DNA from: Takakia lepidozioides | Taxonomy: Eukaryota; Plantae; Bryophyta | Length of the DNA: 64,000 bases | Reading direction: 5' to 3' | Assembly (NCBI GenBank): GCA_030704615.1 | Contig: CM060732.1 | Coordinates: 36,146,001 to 36,210,000 of the forward strand | Shown: positions 1 to 12,647 of the stretch, piece by piece | Layout of the letters: every line of letters starts with the position of its first letter | Position numbering within the stretch: position 1 is the first letter of the stretch | Made by a program: the position numbers and the translations under genes | Notes under the pieces: model-generated | Databases searched by the model: none | Told to the model about the DNA's origin: nothing | Seen by the model: only the letters and a program-made list of their open reading frames with translations

Positions 1-171
1 GCTCCCCACTTGTTCTCAGTTTGTAGTATGATATATGCCTCAATAATATCTCTTCTGAAAGTCTTCAGGAAGGCTCAGCTACTCTCCCTGCAGTTCTACT
101 GTAGCTCAGGTTAGTATGTCCTAATGAGAAACCTCAGACTAACATGGAGCGCCAAAAATAAGTGCTTCTAC

Positions 172-3100
172 CCGTTGCTGTTGTTTGAGCATCAGCTTCA
201 TATTGTGGCATTCGTAGTTGTCGCCTCGAGGAGGAGGCCCTCCATCTGTACCATCTCCACACCTGATATAGCAACAACATGCATGAGATCATTTAGTGGT
301 CAAACACTCAATTAGTGACTGGTCAGCTCAGGATTTGTCAAGGTTAGAACTTGCATTGCCATCAACATGGAAAGCAGAATGTAGCCAACAGAGTGTAGCC
401 ACATGTCCTGCAAGATTATTGTGTACATTTTCATGAGTGATTGAGCTCAATCAAGGGGTAAGAAAGAGAAGACTCACCCAACCCAACAATTGCGGCACAC
501 ATCAGGGTCACACTCACGACCAGCAGCAAAGCAAGGACACTGCCTACTGCAGCATTGGCTCTTTGCACAGTGGCAACCTCGGAATCGGTTCTTGCAACCC
601 TTGGAACATCTGATTTTTCCATAACAGACAGACAAGACATTCAAATTTCCTCAGGCTATTAAAATGAGTCAGTTCCAAAGCTGCAAAGAGCTCAAGTGAC
701 ATAAGCAACAGAAAACTAAGAAAATACTGCTGTTACTCAGCAAGAAAAACTAGCTGCCTGAAACTTTGACCTCTGTTGATAATCCACATCTTGCAAGCCT
801 AAAATACTACAATGAGACTCAAAGCATCTTCTTGATGTGAGATGCTTTATAACTCTAGCATAACGACAGAGATACAAGGTTGTTGCTCTCGGACTCGAAT
901 GTTGCCATTAAGGCAATTATTTAATACGAAAGAGGACAAAGGAAATGAGACTAAGAGATTGCTGTCTACTTACCCACAATACTTTTCACAGCAGGTTTCA
1001 TTCAGCAGGCACGGACACTGCTTGCCACAGGTGAAGCGACAGTTGCAGGCTGTGTACTGCCGGCATGGTTGATCCTTTCCATTAGCCATCCGTTTGCGTA
1101 GCAGTGGGTGGACGACCGATTTCCAGGAGAACTTCAGCTTCCGAACTCTACCCCTTCGCTTGCCATTGTACAGTCGTGCTCCGGTCCGAGCCTCCACATC
1201 CTGTATGAAAAAGTTAGCTTGTTCAGCAGAATTTGGTATAGCTTGCTGTTTCTATGTTTGTTTGTTCCAACCTACTGTTCAGGTTGGAGAGATTGTGAGA
1301 ACGCACTGCTGAGATTAGAATTGACAGAAGATGTAAAGAAACCCTTAGCAACGCTTCACAAAAAATCACAAACTTGTACAGAAAGGAAGAAATGAAAGAA
1401 AGCACATTATCATGTCCAGAAGAAGGCCCAGGGAACCCAACCAACAAAGAGAAGTAGGAACCATAGAACTATTATGGAAAGAAAGAATCATTCAAACTTT
1501 GCACACTGGCGGAGTGCTTCCTGTAGATAAGATGAGAGGTATTTGTGTGATCTTAATAACTGAAAGTTTCAGGCAAGTTGGGGAAGTCTACCCAATATCT
1601 GCCCCAGATTTCATAGTAGGCAGGCAAGAGAAGGTCTCAACTTCGCCTGTATTGCAATATGGGCATATGTGATCCTCTCTCGTTGGCAGTCTTAGTCCAT
1701 CTTCCACTCTCAATGCAGAGGGTGTGGAAAGTATGGCTTGGAAGATTGCTTTGAACTCAAGAGGCAAAGCATCAAGTTCTGCCCAGATGACCTCTCTTGA
1801 TGTGTTGCTCTTAGCCCCTATAATGCTTCGCTAAAAGGAGAGTGGAAGCGGCTCCATTGTGGATTTCAGCGAATACCCGCAAGCTTAGGACACCAAATCT
1901 CACAGGCATACACACAGTAGTCTGAGCTAAAGCCATTTCCTGAGATTGGCATGACGGATGTGAAGCTGTCTCATTGATTAAACAGCCAGAGGGAGGCAGC
2001 AGATCCCTTACCAAGTCTATCCCTTGCAGCCATGTCATATTGGAAGTGCAGGGCATGGAAAACCATATGTAAATATGTGTAGGAGGTGACATCCTCAATT
2101 GCTTGACCTTCATAGCTGAAGTTTGTGCCTCCTTGATAATCAAGTCAACTAATAAGCCAAACAGCTAATTCAATGCAACAAAACTGCAAAGTAGTGGATT
2201 CCTTACTAGAACAAAAAAAAACCAAGTATATCCACATGAAAAGTGAATGCAGAGAGAGGGAAAGGAAGAAGAGGGAAAAGACCAAGCTGTCAGGGCAGCG
2301 ATGCCTGCCATTAGGTCCATCCCCAGCTGTTTCTTGCTCCAATGTGTACCTTGCTACCTCTGCGCAAGTCTTGGAGCCTTTCAGAAGATTGCGTGCTATC
2401 AAACAACTGCAGTCCAATTGCCCCCATCCCACATACTGTGTTTAACGTCATTGTATGCACTTGGTGAAAAGCACATCCAGTGAAGTCCCCTACAGTCAAA
2501 CAGTCTAGTACCAACACTGTAAAAGCCAACTGGGAGCTGAGGATAGTAAATGTTGAATAAGGTCTGCATCACCCAAATGATATACACAAATTTGCACTTA
2601 AAAAAGGACAGCAGCCTCCCCCTAACTTTACCTGTTGTTGCCAAATATCTGCAGACCTTTCTCATACAAGCCCATATCCAGCTCACTCCAACTCTCCCCA
2701 TCCTCGAATATGGCTTTGGTCACAGCTTCTTCCTTGCTTTTCAAGGTCTGATGTGCAAACTTTTCGTCTTTTTCAGTCTCCATTGCCTCCTGATTGATGT
2801 CCTCATCATCCTCACCTGTCTCCATGCGAGAACGCTTTCCAGAAACTATGTTGATTGCAAACCCTCCTGGCTTATCACCTTTCTCTCTGGTGGTGGTCCC
2901 CTCCACCTAGAAATAGACATGAAAGATAACATGTTCAGCATGTGTAGGAAACCAGAGGGAAAAGAATGTACTCATGCCGTTTCCTGTGAACATTGGCTTG
3001 CCATAGCCTTACAACCATTGACCCCGTGGGAAACTAACCCCGGAGCCTTTAGTGGAGTTCACACCCTTAAACCAGAGGGAAAAGAGAAATGAAATGAAAT

Positions 3101-6100
3101 GAAATGGTGCTTTATAACGTCCGCGGAAAGCTCATAGAGCTTATGGGACAAAATGGAAGGAAACATGAGAGAGGAAGAAAACCAGAACCCAAGAATAAGA
3201 ACTAATGTTCTAGCAATTGTCTAAGGGTGAAGGCCTCATGCAGGTAGGCTGCCAAGCATTTTTGATCCTGATAGTGGAAGACTTCAGTGAGAGATTGGGT
3301 TCAACTGAATAGACAGTGGAATCTTCAGAGAAAGAAAGACGTCCATCTACCTATTTCAATTTGAGATTGTGCGAGCTGACTCTGAAAGTCCCTAGAGCTG
3401 AGGTAAGAGAGGTGGAGAACTTTGTCTTCTGACATCAGGATGGGGTTATATCTGGGCTGAGGGGGATTATCCTTGTACAGGTGGAGCTTTGGGGTGAGCA
3501 GACATGTCAGGGCAAAGTGTGTGCATCACATGGATCTTCAGATCAGCCTGTTCATGTTGTGAGGAGAAACACTGGGCGTTGATCAGGTGGTGACAACTTC
3601 ACAGTGCACATTTTTTGTCTGTAGTGGAATGGGCTATCCCGGTATGGGCTATACCAGGATGTCACCAAGTCTGCTTGTGCTAATTTCTGGAGGTGAGAAG
3701 TGGTCGTGCCACAATCTGAGCCTCTTTAGGAAGACGGTGATTACCAAGAGAAAGCAGTGCTCGCCACAGGGGCTGGGAGTCTCTTCATCAGTATTACTCC
3801 AAGGTGGCTGTCTCTCACTCTGCAGAGATAAGACAAAGAGTCCAATGAGTCCAATCTACATATACCTTCACTATAGTGTAGTATTACTATATATTTACAT
3901 AACTTGCAAATAAGTACCTGAAAGAAAACAATGGGTAAACTTCACATTTGAGACACCCTCCTTCCCCCTGCCTAAAAATCTTCCCTCGTTTAGGGAGTGA
4001 ATACACCCCAATCACAAACCACATAAAGGCAATAGTGGAAAGCAGCAAACCTACAGGATGAACTAGAGCCTGGGAGCAGCCATGTAGCCGACAGTCAAAA
4101 ACCTGCACGCACTCCAACAGCCAATTGCCAACTTAGCTAACTCCCACATACTTCACATCCAAAGATGTGTTTCGCGAAGCCCCAAAAGGAGACTTCATTT
4201 CCCACAACTTCTGGACTAGTCTTTTTGCACTTCAACTAACTCCAATCTGTACAACTTCATCAGGGGTACAGAGTCCTGGAAACTATCTGTGTAAGTCAGC
4301 AGGAGTTATCCCAAAGTAGTACTGAAAGGTTTGTGCTAAAGCAAAGTCAGAGATTGAAACAGATTTGTGGAAGCACAAAAACAAGTGCGGAAGTGAATTA
4401 AAATTTATACCAGACATCGCCGGCAGAACAGATTGTCAAAGGAATCCATGGCTGCAAGAAGATCTTTGGGTTCAGATTTGTCTTCATCCAGAATGGGTGG
4501 GGGCTGCACAACAGCTTCTGGGTTCTGAGCAACATCCACATGGGCTGCAGCACGCGAAGTCAATGGCAGTTGCACAACATCCTCTGGTTTTTCAGCAACA
4601 TCCACATGAGCTGCTGCTCGCGATGTCAATACTTCATTGACAGCATCCTTGGCAGCTTCCTTTGCATCTTTGACAGCCTTCTTTGCCTCTTTTGCAGCTG
4701 CACGAGCAAGCTCTTTAGTTGAGGTTTTCCGCCTGCCGGGCGAAGATCTCAACTTGTCTACCATGCCCGTTTCTGGAACTCCAGTCTCAACCTTCTTGTC
4801 AGCTTCTCTTAGGAGAGCTTCATATCTTGCCTGCAGATGACATTCACATCTCTGTAACGTAGATCATAGTCCAGAGACTTGAAATTGCTCGATGAATTTC
4901 AGTTGACATTGGCCTCTACATCAGACGGGATCCAGACTGTAGTGGCATACAGAGCTTGCAATGCTGAGCACATAATACAATCAAAGAGAACACAAGACTG
5001 CAGCACACTTGATTTTAGTTGTAGACTCCAAATCATTCAAGGGTGTCAAGAAAGTAGCTAGGGGTGACATAACTTTGACTGCTTCTTGAAGGACTTGGAG
5101 AAGTGCAACTGGCTACCACAATCAGGTGGGCTTCAAGTTAGGTCCTAGATACTGATGTACGTCTGTCACTCTCTGGCCTCGAGTTTTCCCAGTTGGGGAG
5201 AGAGGGAGACGAACATCTATGACAATGAGATACCATTGACACAGCAAGACACTAAGACAAGAGACTTAAAAAAAGGGTCCAGGGTGAACAAGCAGTACCT
5301 CAATCTCCTGTCGTTTGACACCAATAAAGTCAGAAAGCTCATCCAAAAACACTGGACCGAATCCAAGCTCCTGGATCCCCATCCTGCACACAATCAGTAG
5401 AAAGACAAAATGTCAAAAGAAGACAATAATGCTTGAGAACAAACATACATAATGCCATCCCACAGGTTAGTTATTCCAAATTGAGCCGAGGTCAGCTTCC
5501 ACCCTATCTCCATTTAGTGACATTGGGCATCCCCTGCACCTTCATATTGCACTTGCTCCAGAAGTGAAGTCCTGGCGATTGGATGACAGAAACCCAGAGT
5601 TTGCTGATGCCAGCCTCCTCTACCATCAGGGGTAAGTCTTAGCAATCCATGGTTAGGGATCAAGACTTTTAAGGAAAACTTTCTGTGAACGAGGTGGAGC
5701 CCTTAGCAATCAAGAATATGTAACTTTAAAGAGGAGGAGCCACTATCTGAAGCAGCACCATATAATAAAGTCCTCGCCCTTGGTGAAGTCATGTTTGGGC
5801 TCTTCTTTGTCGCCATCATCCCCAACATCCTCCTCCTCGCTGTCACTAGCAATAAGGGTTTCATTTCCATCAATCTCGTAGTATATACGGCGGCGGCCTA
5901 CCACTGACTGATCCTCCGTCATACGCTGATTCCTGCATTCCCACCCAGTTAATATCCAAAACATAGAACCAAACAATTTATTTTGCAAATGAACGCTTTG
6001 AAGTATAGGTTAGCTGTAGGAGTAACTGCTTGGTAAAAGCTCTTGAAGGAAGGGGTGCTTCCCACAACAAATGAGATAACTCTACTGAGGCATGCTGGTC

Positions 6101-7593
6101 AGTGCAGCAAGGGCAAGGAACACTCTGAGCGACATCCTCATGGCCACTTTCTGTGCTTTCTTTCTGCTGATCTCCTTAAGCAGGTCAGGGTCAGAAAGCC
6201 CCATCTACACTTGTTCAGCAGTGAAGCTTAGTTGGTTGAATAACGGTCTGCCAAGCGTCTAGAATTGCAAGTGAGACGATAGAATTCCACAGTTGAAATC
6301 AAGAAATTTGAGGGATGAATATGCCCAAAACTGGAGGGTTCCATGAATTTAAGAAAGGAGGCTTTCATGTTGGAATGGAGAATTAGCGGCAAGAGAAAAT
6401 TACATCTTGTCTTTAACTCCCCCCCCACCCCACCTCCCTCCACCCTTGCATTGGGAAACTTCAGGGTGGGCTCCCATAGCCTAAGGATAAAGACAGGCAG
6501 ATGGGACAACCTGCAACTTGCTGAGCACATTTGCCCTGCTTCTGCTAGATAAGACGATAGGCAGGATATGGAGACAGATGGACATTTCTTCTTTCACTGT
6601 CCTCTTTACTATGAAATCCAGGCTACTACTGCCTTTTAGAGACAACCAATCCCTCACAGAGGTGTTCAATATTTGGAGCAGAGATGCCTGGCAGCATACC
6701 TAAATGAGGGCTCTCCACCAAAGAGAATCTCTTGGAGTGGAATCATAGTTTCTGGCTGCTTGTTGTGTGCCTACTTCTTTCCTATTAAGAAGTGAGAACT
6801 TCTGATTTGGCTTTTGTTTGTCCATAAGCTCGTTGAGCTTGCCATGGAGGTTACAAAGGTTCTTACTTTCTTTCTTTCTGTCTTTTGAGTCTCTTTTACC
6901 TCCTCACGTGTACATTCTTTTCTCCTCTTCACAAAACAAGCCACTATTCATCGATGTCCCTAATGGTTGACGGGTCAGTTACCTGTCCAAGTAGATCCAA
7001 GTTGTGTATGGTGGTACATTCTCAATCTTCTGAAGCTTCACTGGACGAACAGCAGTCTTTCCACCCAGACTGCTTCCAAAGATGATAGCAGTGGGCTTGT
7101 CAGCACTTGATTCCTCTTGTCCTGTTTTGATGTTTTTGTCTACAACAGTCCCATCAGCACTGCTCAAGTTATAAAACTCTTGCTGGCTTTTTACACACTG
7201 CAACTCAAGAGCTCCCAGCTCTTGTCCTTCTGAGAGCTCCTTGGCATTGCTATTCAGCTCTGCCAGTCGTGCCGTGTAGCCCTTCAACCTCTCTCTGTTG
7301 GCTTCCATTCTCATCTGCACCTCAATATACCATACTTTTCCTTACTTCTGACTTGCATGCTCAAAATTTTCATGGCTGTAACTCCTCTCTCTCTCTCTTT
7401 GAGCTTTCTGCGGACGTTATAAAGTACCATTTCATTTCATTTCATTTCTCTCTCTCTCTCTCTGGGTCTATTGTCCACAAGGCTACAGCAAACGTCTTAT
7501 GAGTACATTCTCTGGGTCTATTCTTCCACCCAAACTGGCACAGGGTCTATGGCCTAAAGGCTAACGCAAACAACGTCTTATGAGTACATCTCC

Positions 7594-7626
<33 letters not shown>

Positions 7627-10600
7627 GCTCGGGTGGGCAAAAGATCTTCATCAGGATGATACCATTGGGCCTTTGGTGAGGACAAGCTGAATTCTAATTT
7701 GTAGACGGTTAATAAACTGTCTGGAAGAACTTCAGCTTTTGACCTTGAATAATAGGTCAAAAGGAGACCAAGTGCAGTGGGCTCATGAGAAAGCCCAAAC
7801 TGGGGAACGTTCCATTGCGGATTATATCATAATGGACAAAAATTTGTTTCCCCAGAGTGCCAGTGTGTTGATCGACAGAACTGATATTGGTACCTCTGAC
7901 CACTTCCTGGTTTGGACTGAGATCAAAAGGTGTTTTCGCAACACTAAGAGATCTGTGAAACATTCGATTCGGAAGTGGCGCATAGAAAAATTCCAAAATG
8001 AAGAGGTCAGCTGAGTATGTCCAGGCCTTGCAAGAGGCTCTCCCTCATTTTGTCCACTCGCTCCAAGACCTTCGGTCTCGCTCTAGCAATGCAAGAAATG
8101 AAGTCGAAAGAGCAGTGGATTCTTGGGAGAGTTTCATCTCCTCTGTGGCTGACAAGATCATTAAACTAATTGTCTGCGGTAGAGCTGTTAATTGGTGGAC
8201 CAATGAGATTAAACCCAAGATAGCTGAGAGACAAGTCCTCTATAAAGAGTGCTGCAATTTGAATACCAACAAAGAATTGTGGGCTAAGTACTACCAGATC
8301 CGCAAAGATATCAATCAGCTTGTAAGGTCTCAGAAGAAATTATACTGGGACAAGCTATACAGTGAAATAAACTCAAACCACCATGGTGGTAATGACAAGA
8401 GACTCTGGTTGGCGCTTCAACGTTTGTACAACCCGAAAAACTGTCAGCAAGTACAAGCGCTGAGGACTACTAAGGGTGCAGTGGTGACTTCAACAGTTGA
8501 CATTGTCAAAAGCTTTGAAACCCACTACAGTATTCTTGGCAGAAATTCTAGGTCTAACAGTGAGGGGTCCTCTGAAGAATGGAAGGTCACAGTTGGAAAA
8601 ACTGTTCCTATCATTCAAGACAGCCCTGATGAATTGGAGTATATTTCAAAGGCTTACAACACTCCCATTAGTTCTTCTGAGAATGTGGAAGCAATTGAGC
8701 ATTTGAACGGATATAAAGCTGGTGGACCTGATGGCATAGTCAACGAGCTTATCAAGCACGGTGGCGATCCCATAATAGAGGCCCTTGTACTTCTCTTTAA
8801 CCTTATCCGGGGGATCATTGTCAATCTATACAAGAAGGGTGACAGAGAAGAACCGGGGAACTACCGAGGCATCACGCTCCTCAATGCAGTTGGCAACATA
8901 TTTTGCAGAGTTATAAGTACGCGTCTCGAGGTTGATCTGGAATCTAGAGGTTGTTTCCACGACGGCCAAGCTGGCTTTCGGCGAAACAGGGGCTGTGTGG
9001 ATCATATCTTCAATCTAAGCCAGATAATCCAGGGAAGGAAAAAAAAGGAAAACCCACTTTTGTCTTTTTCTTGGATGTCAAAAAGGCTTACGACACAGTG
9101 TGGAGACACGGTCTAGGGCTCTGACTCTGGTCATGTGGGATCAAGGGAAAGATGTGGAGAGTTGTCCATAACTTGTATGCTCACACCAAAAGTTGTGTCA
9201 CTGTTAATGGACAGAAGTCTAACTTCTTTGACATAGATCAAGGTGTAGCTCAAGGATGTACCCTCTCCCCTCTGCTCTTCAATGTCATCAATCAACTCCT
9301 CGAGGATGTGGAAAGTGAGGGATTTGGGTTAAGGGTACCAGCCCTTATGATTGCGGATGACTTCACAGGCATAGGGGAGACTCCTTCCGATCTCCAGGAG
9401 TTGATTGATTGCGCGAAGAGAGACTTTGACCTTTGGGGGCTAGAGGCTAACGTCAGTAAATGTGCAGTGGTGGCATTCAACGACCGAGGAGAGGGAGGAG
9501 GTGATCTCAAGTGCCGGTCCTCCCTTCCTACACATACCTCGGCGTTGAGTTTTCCTCCAACTGTAACTGGGATGCACATATTCAGAAAGTTGTTCAAACT
9601 GGCAAGCGCAAAGCGCTGGGTCTCACTAAATTTTTTGACAGCGGGATCAACTCTGAGGTCAAAAAAACCATGCTTATTAGACCTGCCTTGGAGTACGCAT
9701 CTGCAATATGGGTTGATAACTTCAACCAGGCTAAGTCTCTGGAATCCATTCAAGTGGGGCTGCTTAAGGAGTGCATGTCAGCATGCTCCAAAACAGCCAA
9801 TGTGGCTGTTCGGGGTGAGTTGGCATCCCTTCCTTAAGCTCCCGACGAGATGAATTCAAGGTCAGATGGTGGGGTCAGCTGCAATGTATGTCCAACATCA
9901 GATATCCTAAGTTAATCGACTCTATATCATGGAGGCAGGATCGCCCTGTCAAACAGGCTAAGTCCCAGCGGAAGAGAATAGAAGAGATTCTCAAGGATCT
10001 GAATCTTAGCCCGCAAGTCTTGACCCTGCTGGATAAATCTGACTTAGAGGCTGTAGTGTCCAAAGTCTGTTGCCAGGAAATTGTTTGATGAAAATGAAGT
10101 TAGGCAGAAAACTTCCCTGAACTTGTTTCCAGTCTGTGACATGGGGGAGGACATCATGGATGACCTCAAGGGTTTACCCACTCTCGGCACTAGACTGAAA
10201 ATTAAACTCAGGGCCGGAAGCCTACCTTTGAACAGCAAACAGAAGCAGAGAGGAAAGGAGAGTGCAATTGCCAGTTGTGTGGGCAACCTGAAGACAATAT
10301 TCATTTTCTGATTCATTGTCCTGGGTTCTCTCACCAGAGAGACGCTCTCTTGAAATCTATCAAGGGAATTGTGCCTGTAACTCTGTTTACCAACTTTGAA
10401 AGTCTCGAGGCTGAGCCAAAAGCCCAGGCCCTTTTGGGGCCTAGTTATTGGGCAAACCACACACAGCAGGTTGATGCTTGTGTAAAGGGATTTCTAGAGG
10501 ATATCTGGAAAACCCAGATCAATTGTTTATTCCAAGGTAATCTTACTACTGGCGTCAGCCCCTGACAAAGGTAGGTTAAGTCTCTTTGTGTTCTGCTCAA

Positions 10601-11757
10601 ACTGGGCGCGGGTTCAATGGCCACAAGGCTACGGCAAACAATGTCTTATGCATTCTCTCCATTTTGCCCCATAAGCTCTATGAGCTTTCCGCGGACATTA
10701 TGAAGTACCATTTCATTTCATTTCATTTCTCTCTCACACACATCCAAATGGGCACAGGGTCTATGGCCACAATGCTATGGCAAACAAAGTCTTATGAGTA
10801 CATTCTCTCTCATCCGAATACCTTATACAGGTGAAGTCTAGAACCAGCATCAATGAAAGAAGCTTGCAAACCTAAATTGCATGTACATTCTGCATGCGAA
10901 ATGTCAGCAGGATATAAAAGGTATCTTTGCTAGCTATGTACCACCACAGTTTCAGAATTTTTGGGTCCTCTACACCTAGCCTAGTCTCTTCACAGTCTTC
11001 CAGCTGGACTGAAGGAGATCTCTGAAACACAGTCCAGGGCCGGTCACAGCCTTGGGTCAGTAACCACTTCCAGCAACAGTATCCATGTTGCAGATTCACC
11101 CTCATTTTCAACTTAGCCCATCCTGGCGCAAATGTCCTTAGTAACCAGCAATGTGTGGGTATAGCATGGTATATTAGTAGACAATCAAATTCCATACCTT
11201 CACATGTGCCTGGCGATTAGCTTGCACTTGATTTTTGAGCTTCTGAAGTGTAGATGCAACTAGAGTCGTCTTTCTGCCGCACTTCTCCTCCTCCCCCCCC
11301 TCTTCGCTCTGATGCCATCAGCCAGCTCGCAACATTAATAACCACTTTCTGCGCAAGCTCGCTCCTCAGTCCCAGAAAAATTGACCCAATCTTTGAAAAA
11401 TATATGAATTAATCCTCATAGCAACTAGTTTAATCTCCTTCGTTTTCAGCAAGCAGTGGTAATTCTAGGCTTCCAAACTTGTGCACACTGCACATTCGAC
11501 ATTAACGCCTGGAAAACAACTCCCCCCTCCTCCCCCTTCTCTCCCCCCTCCCCCTCTGGCAGGCATTTTCCCAGCAGGCAACTTCGACCTCACAGACCTC
11601 ATCAACCTTTAAGAATTTCTCCAAGTATCATATTAGTTGCTCGTTCAGGCCCCCCGTTACATCATTTTCCCTCTTCCAGAATTCTCAATATCTCCTCTCC
11701 CTCCCACTGTACCTGAAGTACGGGCGTTCCTTTTGCAGTGGTCTCCGAGGACGCCAT
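172..11757 (-). CDS. CLF: Polycomb PRC2 histone H3K27 methyltransferase, Enhancer of zeste/CURLY LEAF family; 3' end (SET domain) lies beyond the left edge
   Basis: Phase-consistent GT-AG exons: 11757-11713 (MASSETTAKGTPVLQ), 11308-11198, 7314-6983 (PPYTTWIYLDR), 5932-5759 (NQRMTEDQSVVGRRRIYY), 5383-5299, 4830-4411 (AMDSFDNLFCRRCL), 4102-4055 (VFDCRLHGCSQ), 3819-3745 (PCGEHCF), 2906-2632 and 2406-2283 (SANT, SCLIARNLL), 1200-974 and 609-478 (CXC domain), 262-172 (RGDNYECHNMKLMLKQQQR). These are plant E(z) signature motifs. Confidence 0.95.
3088..3420 (-). mobile_element. 3' fragment of a non-LTR retrotransposon (family B, (TTTCA)n tail) in a CLF intron
   Basis: Reverse complement of 3088-3330 closely matches 43950-44168. 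It encodes ALGTFRVSSHNL...GRW, a typical LINE ORF2 C-terminal motif. Confidence 0.75.
6340..6880 (+). mobile_element. Degenerate LINE ORF2 C-terminus and 3' tail in a CLF intron (related to family B)
   Basis: LGNFRVGSHSLRIKTGRW...ICP followed by ETDGHFFFHCPLYYEI (zinc-knuckle region). The tail ccataagctcgttgagctt resembles the family B 3' end. Confidence 0.65.
7385..7630 (+). repeat. (CT)n microsatellite interrupted by three short LINE 3'-end stubs
   Basis: CT runs alternate with gagctttctgcggacgttataaagtaccatttcatttcatttc (family B) and two copies of gggtctat...aacgtcttatgagtacat (family A). Confidence 0.8.
7630..10660 (+). mobile_element. 5'-truncated, frameshifted LINE (end of APE endonuclease, reverse transcriptase, C-terminal zinc knuckle), antisense in CLF intron 2
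   Basis: IADYII...TSDHFLV (APE end); KAGGPDGIVNELIK, NYRGITLLN, QAGFRRNRGCVDHIF, GVAQGCTLSPLLFN and ALMIADD (RT); CGQPEDNIHFLIHC. Split across several frames. Confidence 0.92.
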
Positions 11758-11974
11758 TGCAGCACGGAAATTTACGCCAGAATTTCTCAAAATGCTTGTA
11801 TCCTGCGAGCCTTCCCGTTAATCAGCAGAGACCTCGATCCGAGCAGGTCGGTAGGCAACACCTTCCCAGGAACTGGAAAGAGGCCCCTCTCCCACCATCT
11901 TGGAGACGACAATCCTTCTCCTGACTCTGGTCAGTTCCCTACGAATGGGAACGTAAATTATCGTGAGAACGGAC

Positions 11975-12390
11975 TTGTGACGGGATACACTAGGTCAGAG
12001 TGGATAGAACACCGCCCGCCACCGGTAGAAACGAACGGATGAAATGATGTACAAGTGAACGAATGTTGCGACGGGCTACACTAGGTCAGAGTGGATAGAA
12101 CACCGCCCGCCACCGGTAGAAACGAACGGATGAAATGATGTACAAGTGAACGAATGTTGCGACGGGCTACACTAGGTCAGAGTGGATAGAACACCGCCCG
12201 CCACCGGTAGAAACGAACGGATGAAATGATGTACAAGTGAACGAATGTTGTGACGGGCTACACTAGGTCAGAGTGGATAGAACACCGCCCGCCACCGGTA
12301 GAAACGAACGGATGAAATGATGTACTAGTGAACGAATGTTGCGACGGGCTACACTCGGTGGAAGTGAATGGAAAACTGTCCGTCACCGGT
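11975..12390. repeat. 91-bp tandem repeat, about 4.5 near-identical copies, between the divergent CLF and ORC6 starts
   Basis: Unit starts (ttgYgacggg) at 11975, 12066, 12157, 12248 and 12339; the last copy is diverged and partial. Confidence 0.97.
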
Positions 12391-12647
12391 CAGTACGAGC
12401 TGGTCACCGGTGGTAGACGGTGGCGGGTTTGAAAATGGGGAAGACGACGATGGAGCTCTCCTGACACTCGTCTTCCCGCGCATCTCCGTTGTCCGTCCTT
12501 CACTCCCGCCATGGCCTCTCCTCGATCCTCCACGCTGAAGTTAGAGCTGCCTTTAGCAGTTCGTCCATATGCTCCTCTTCCTCCCGCATCTATATCAACC
12601 GGGTTCGCAATCACATCGACATCTGTTTTGTGTCTACTCAGACTGCA

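Noticed and set aside
11198-11318. Apparent frameshift in CLF if the ATG at 11318 were the start
   Set aside because: An upstream exon (11757-11713) splices in frame to an acceptor at 11308, so no frameshift is needed.
11975-12390. 91-bp array as a CRISPR or structured RNA gene cluster
   Set aside because: Whole units are near-identical with no spacers and no tRNA or snRNA features.
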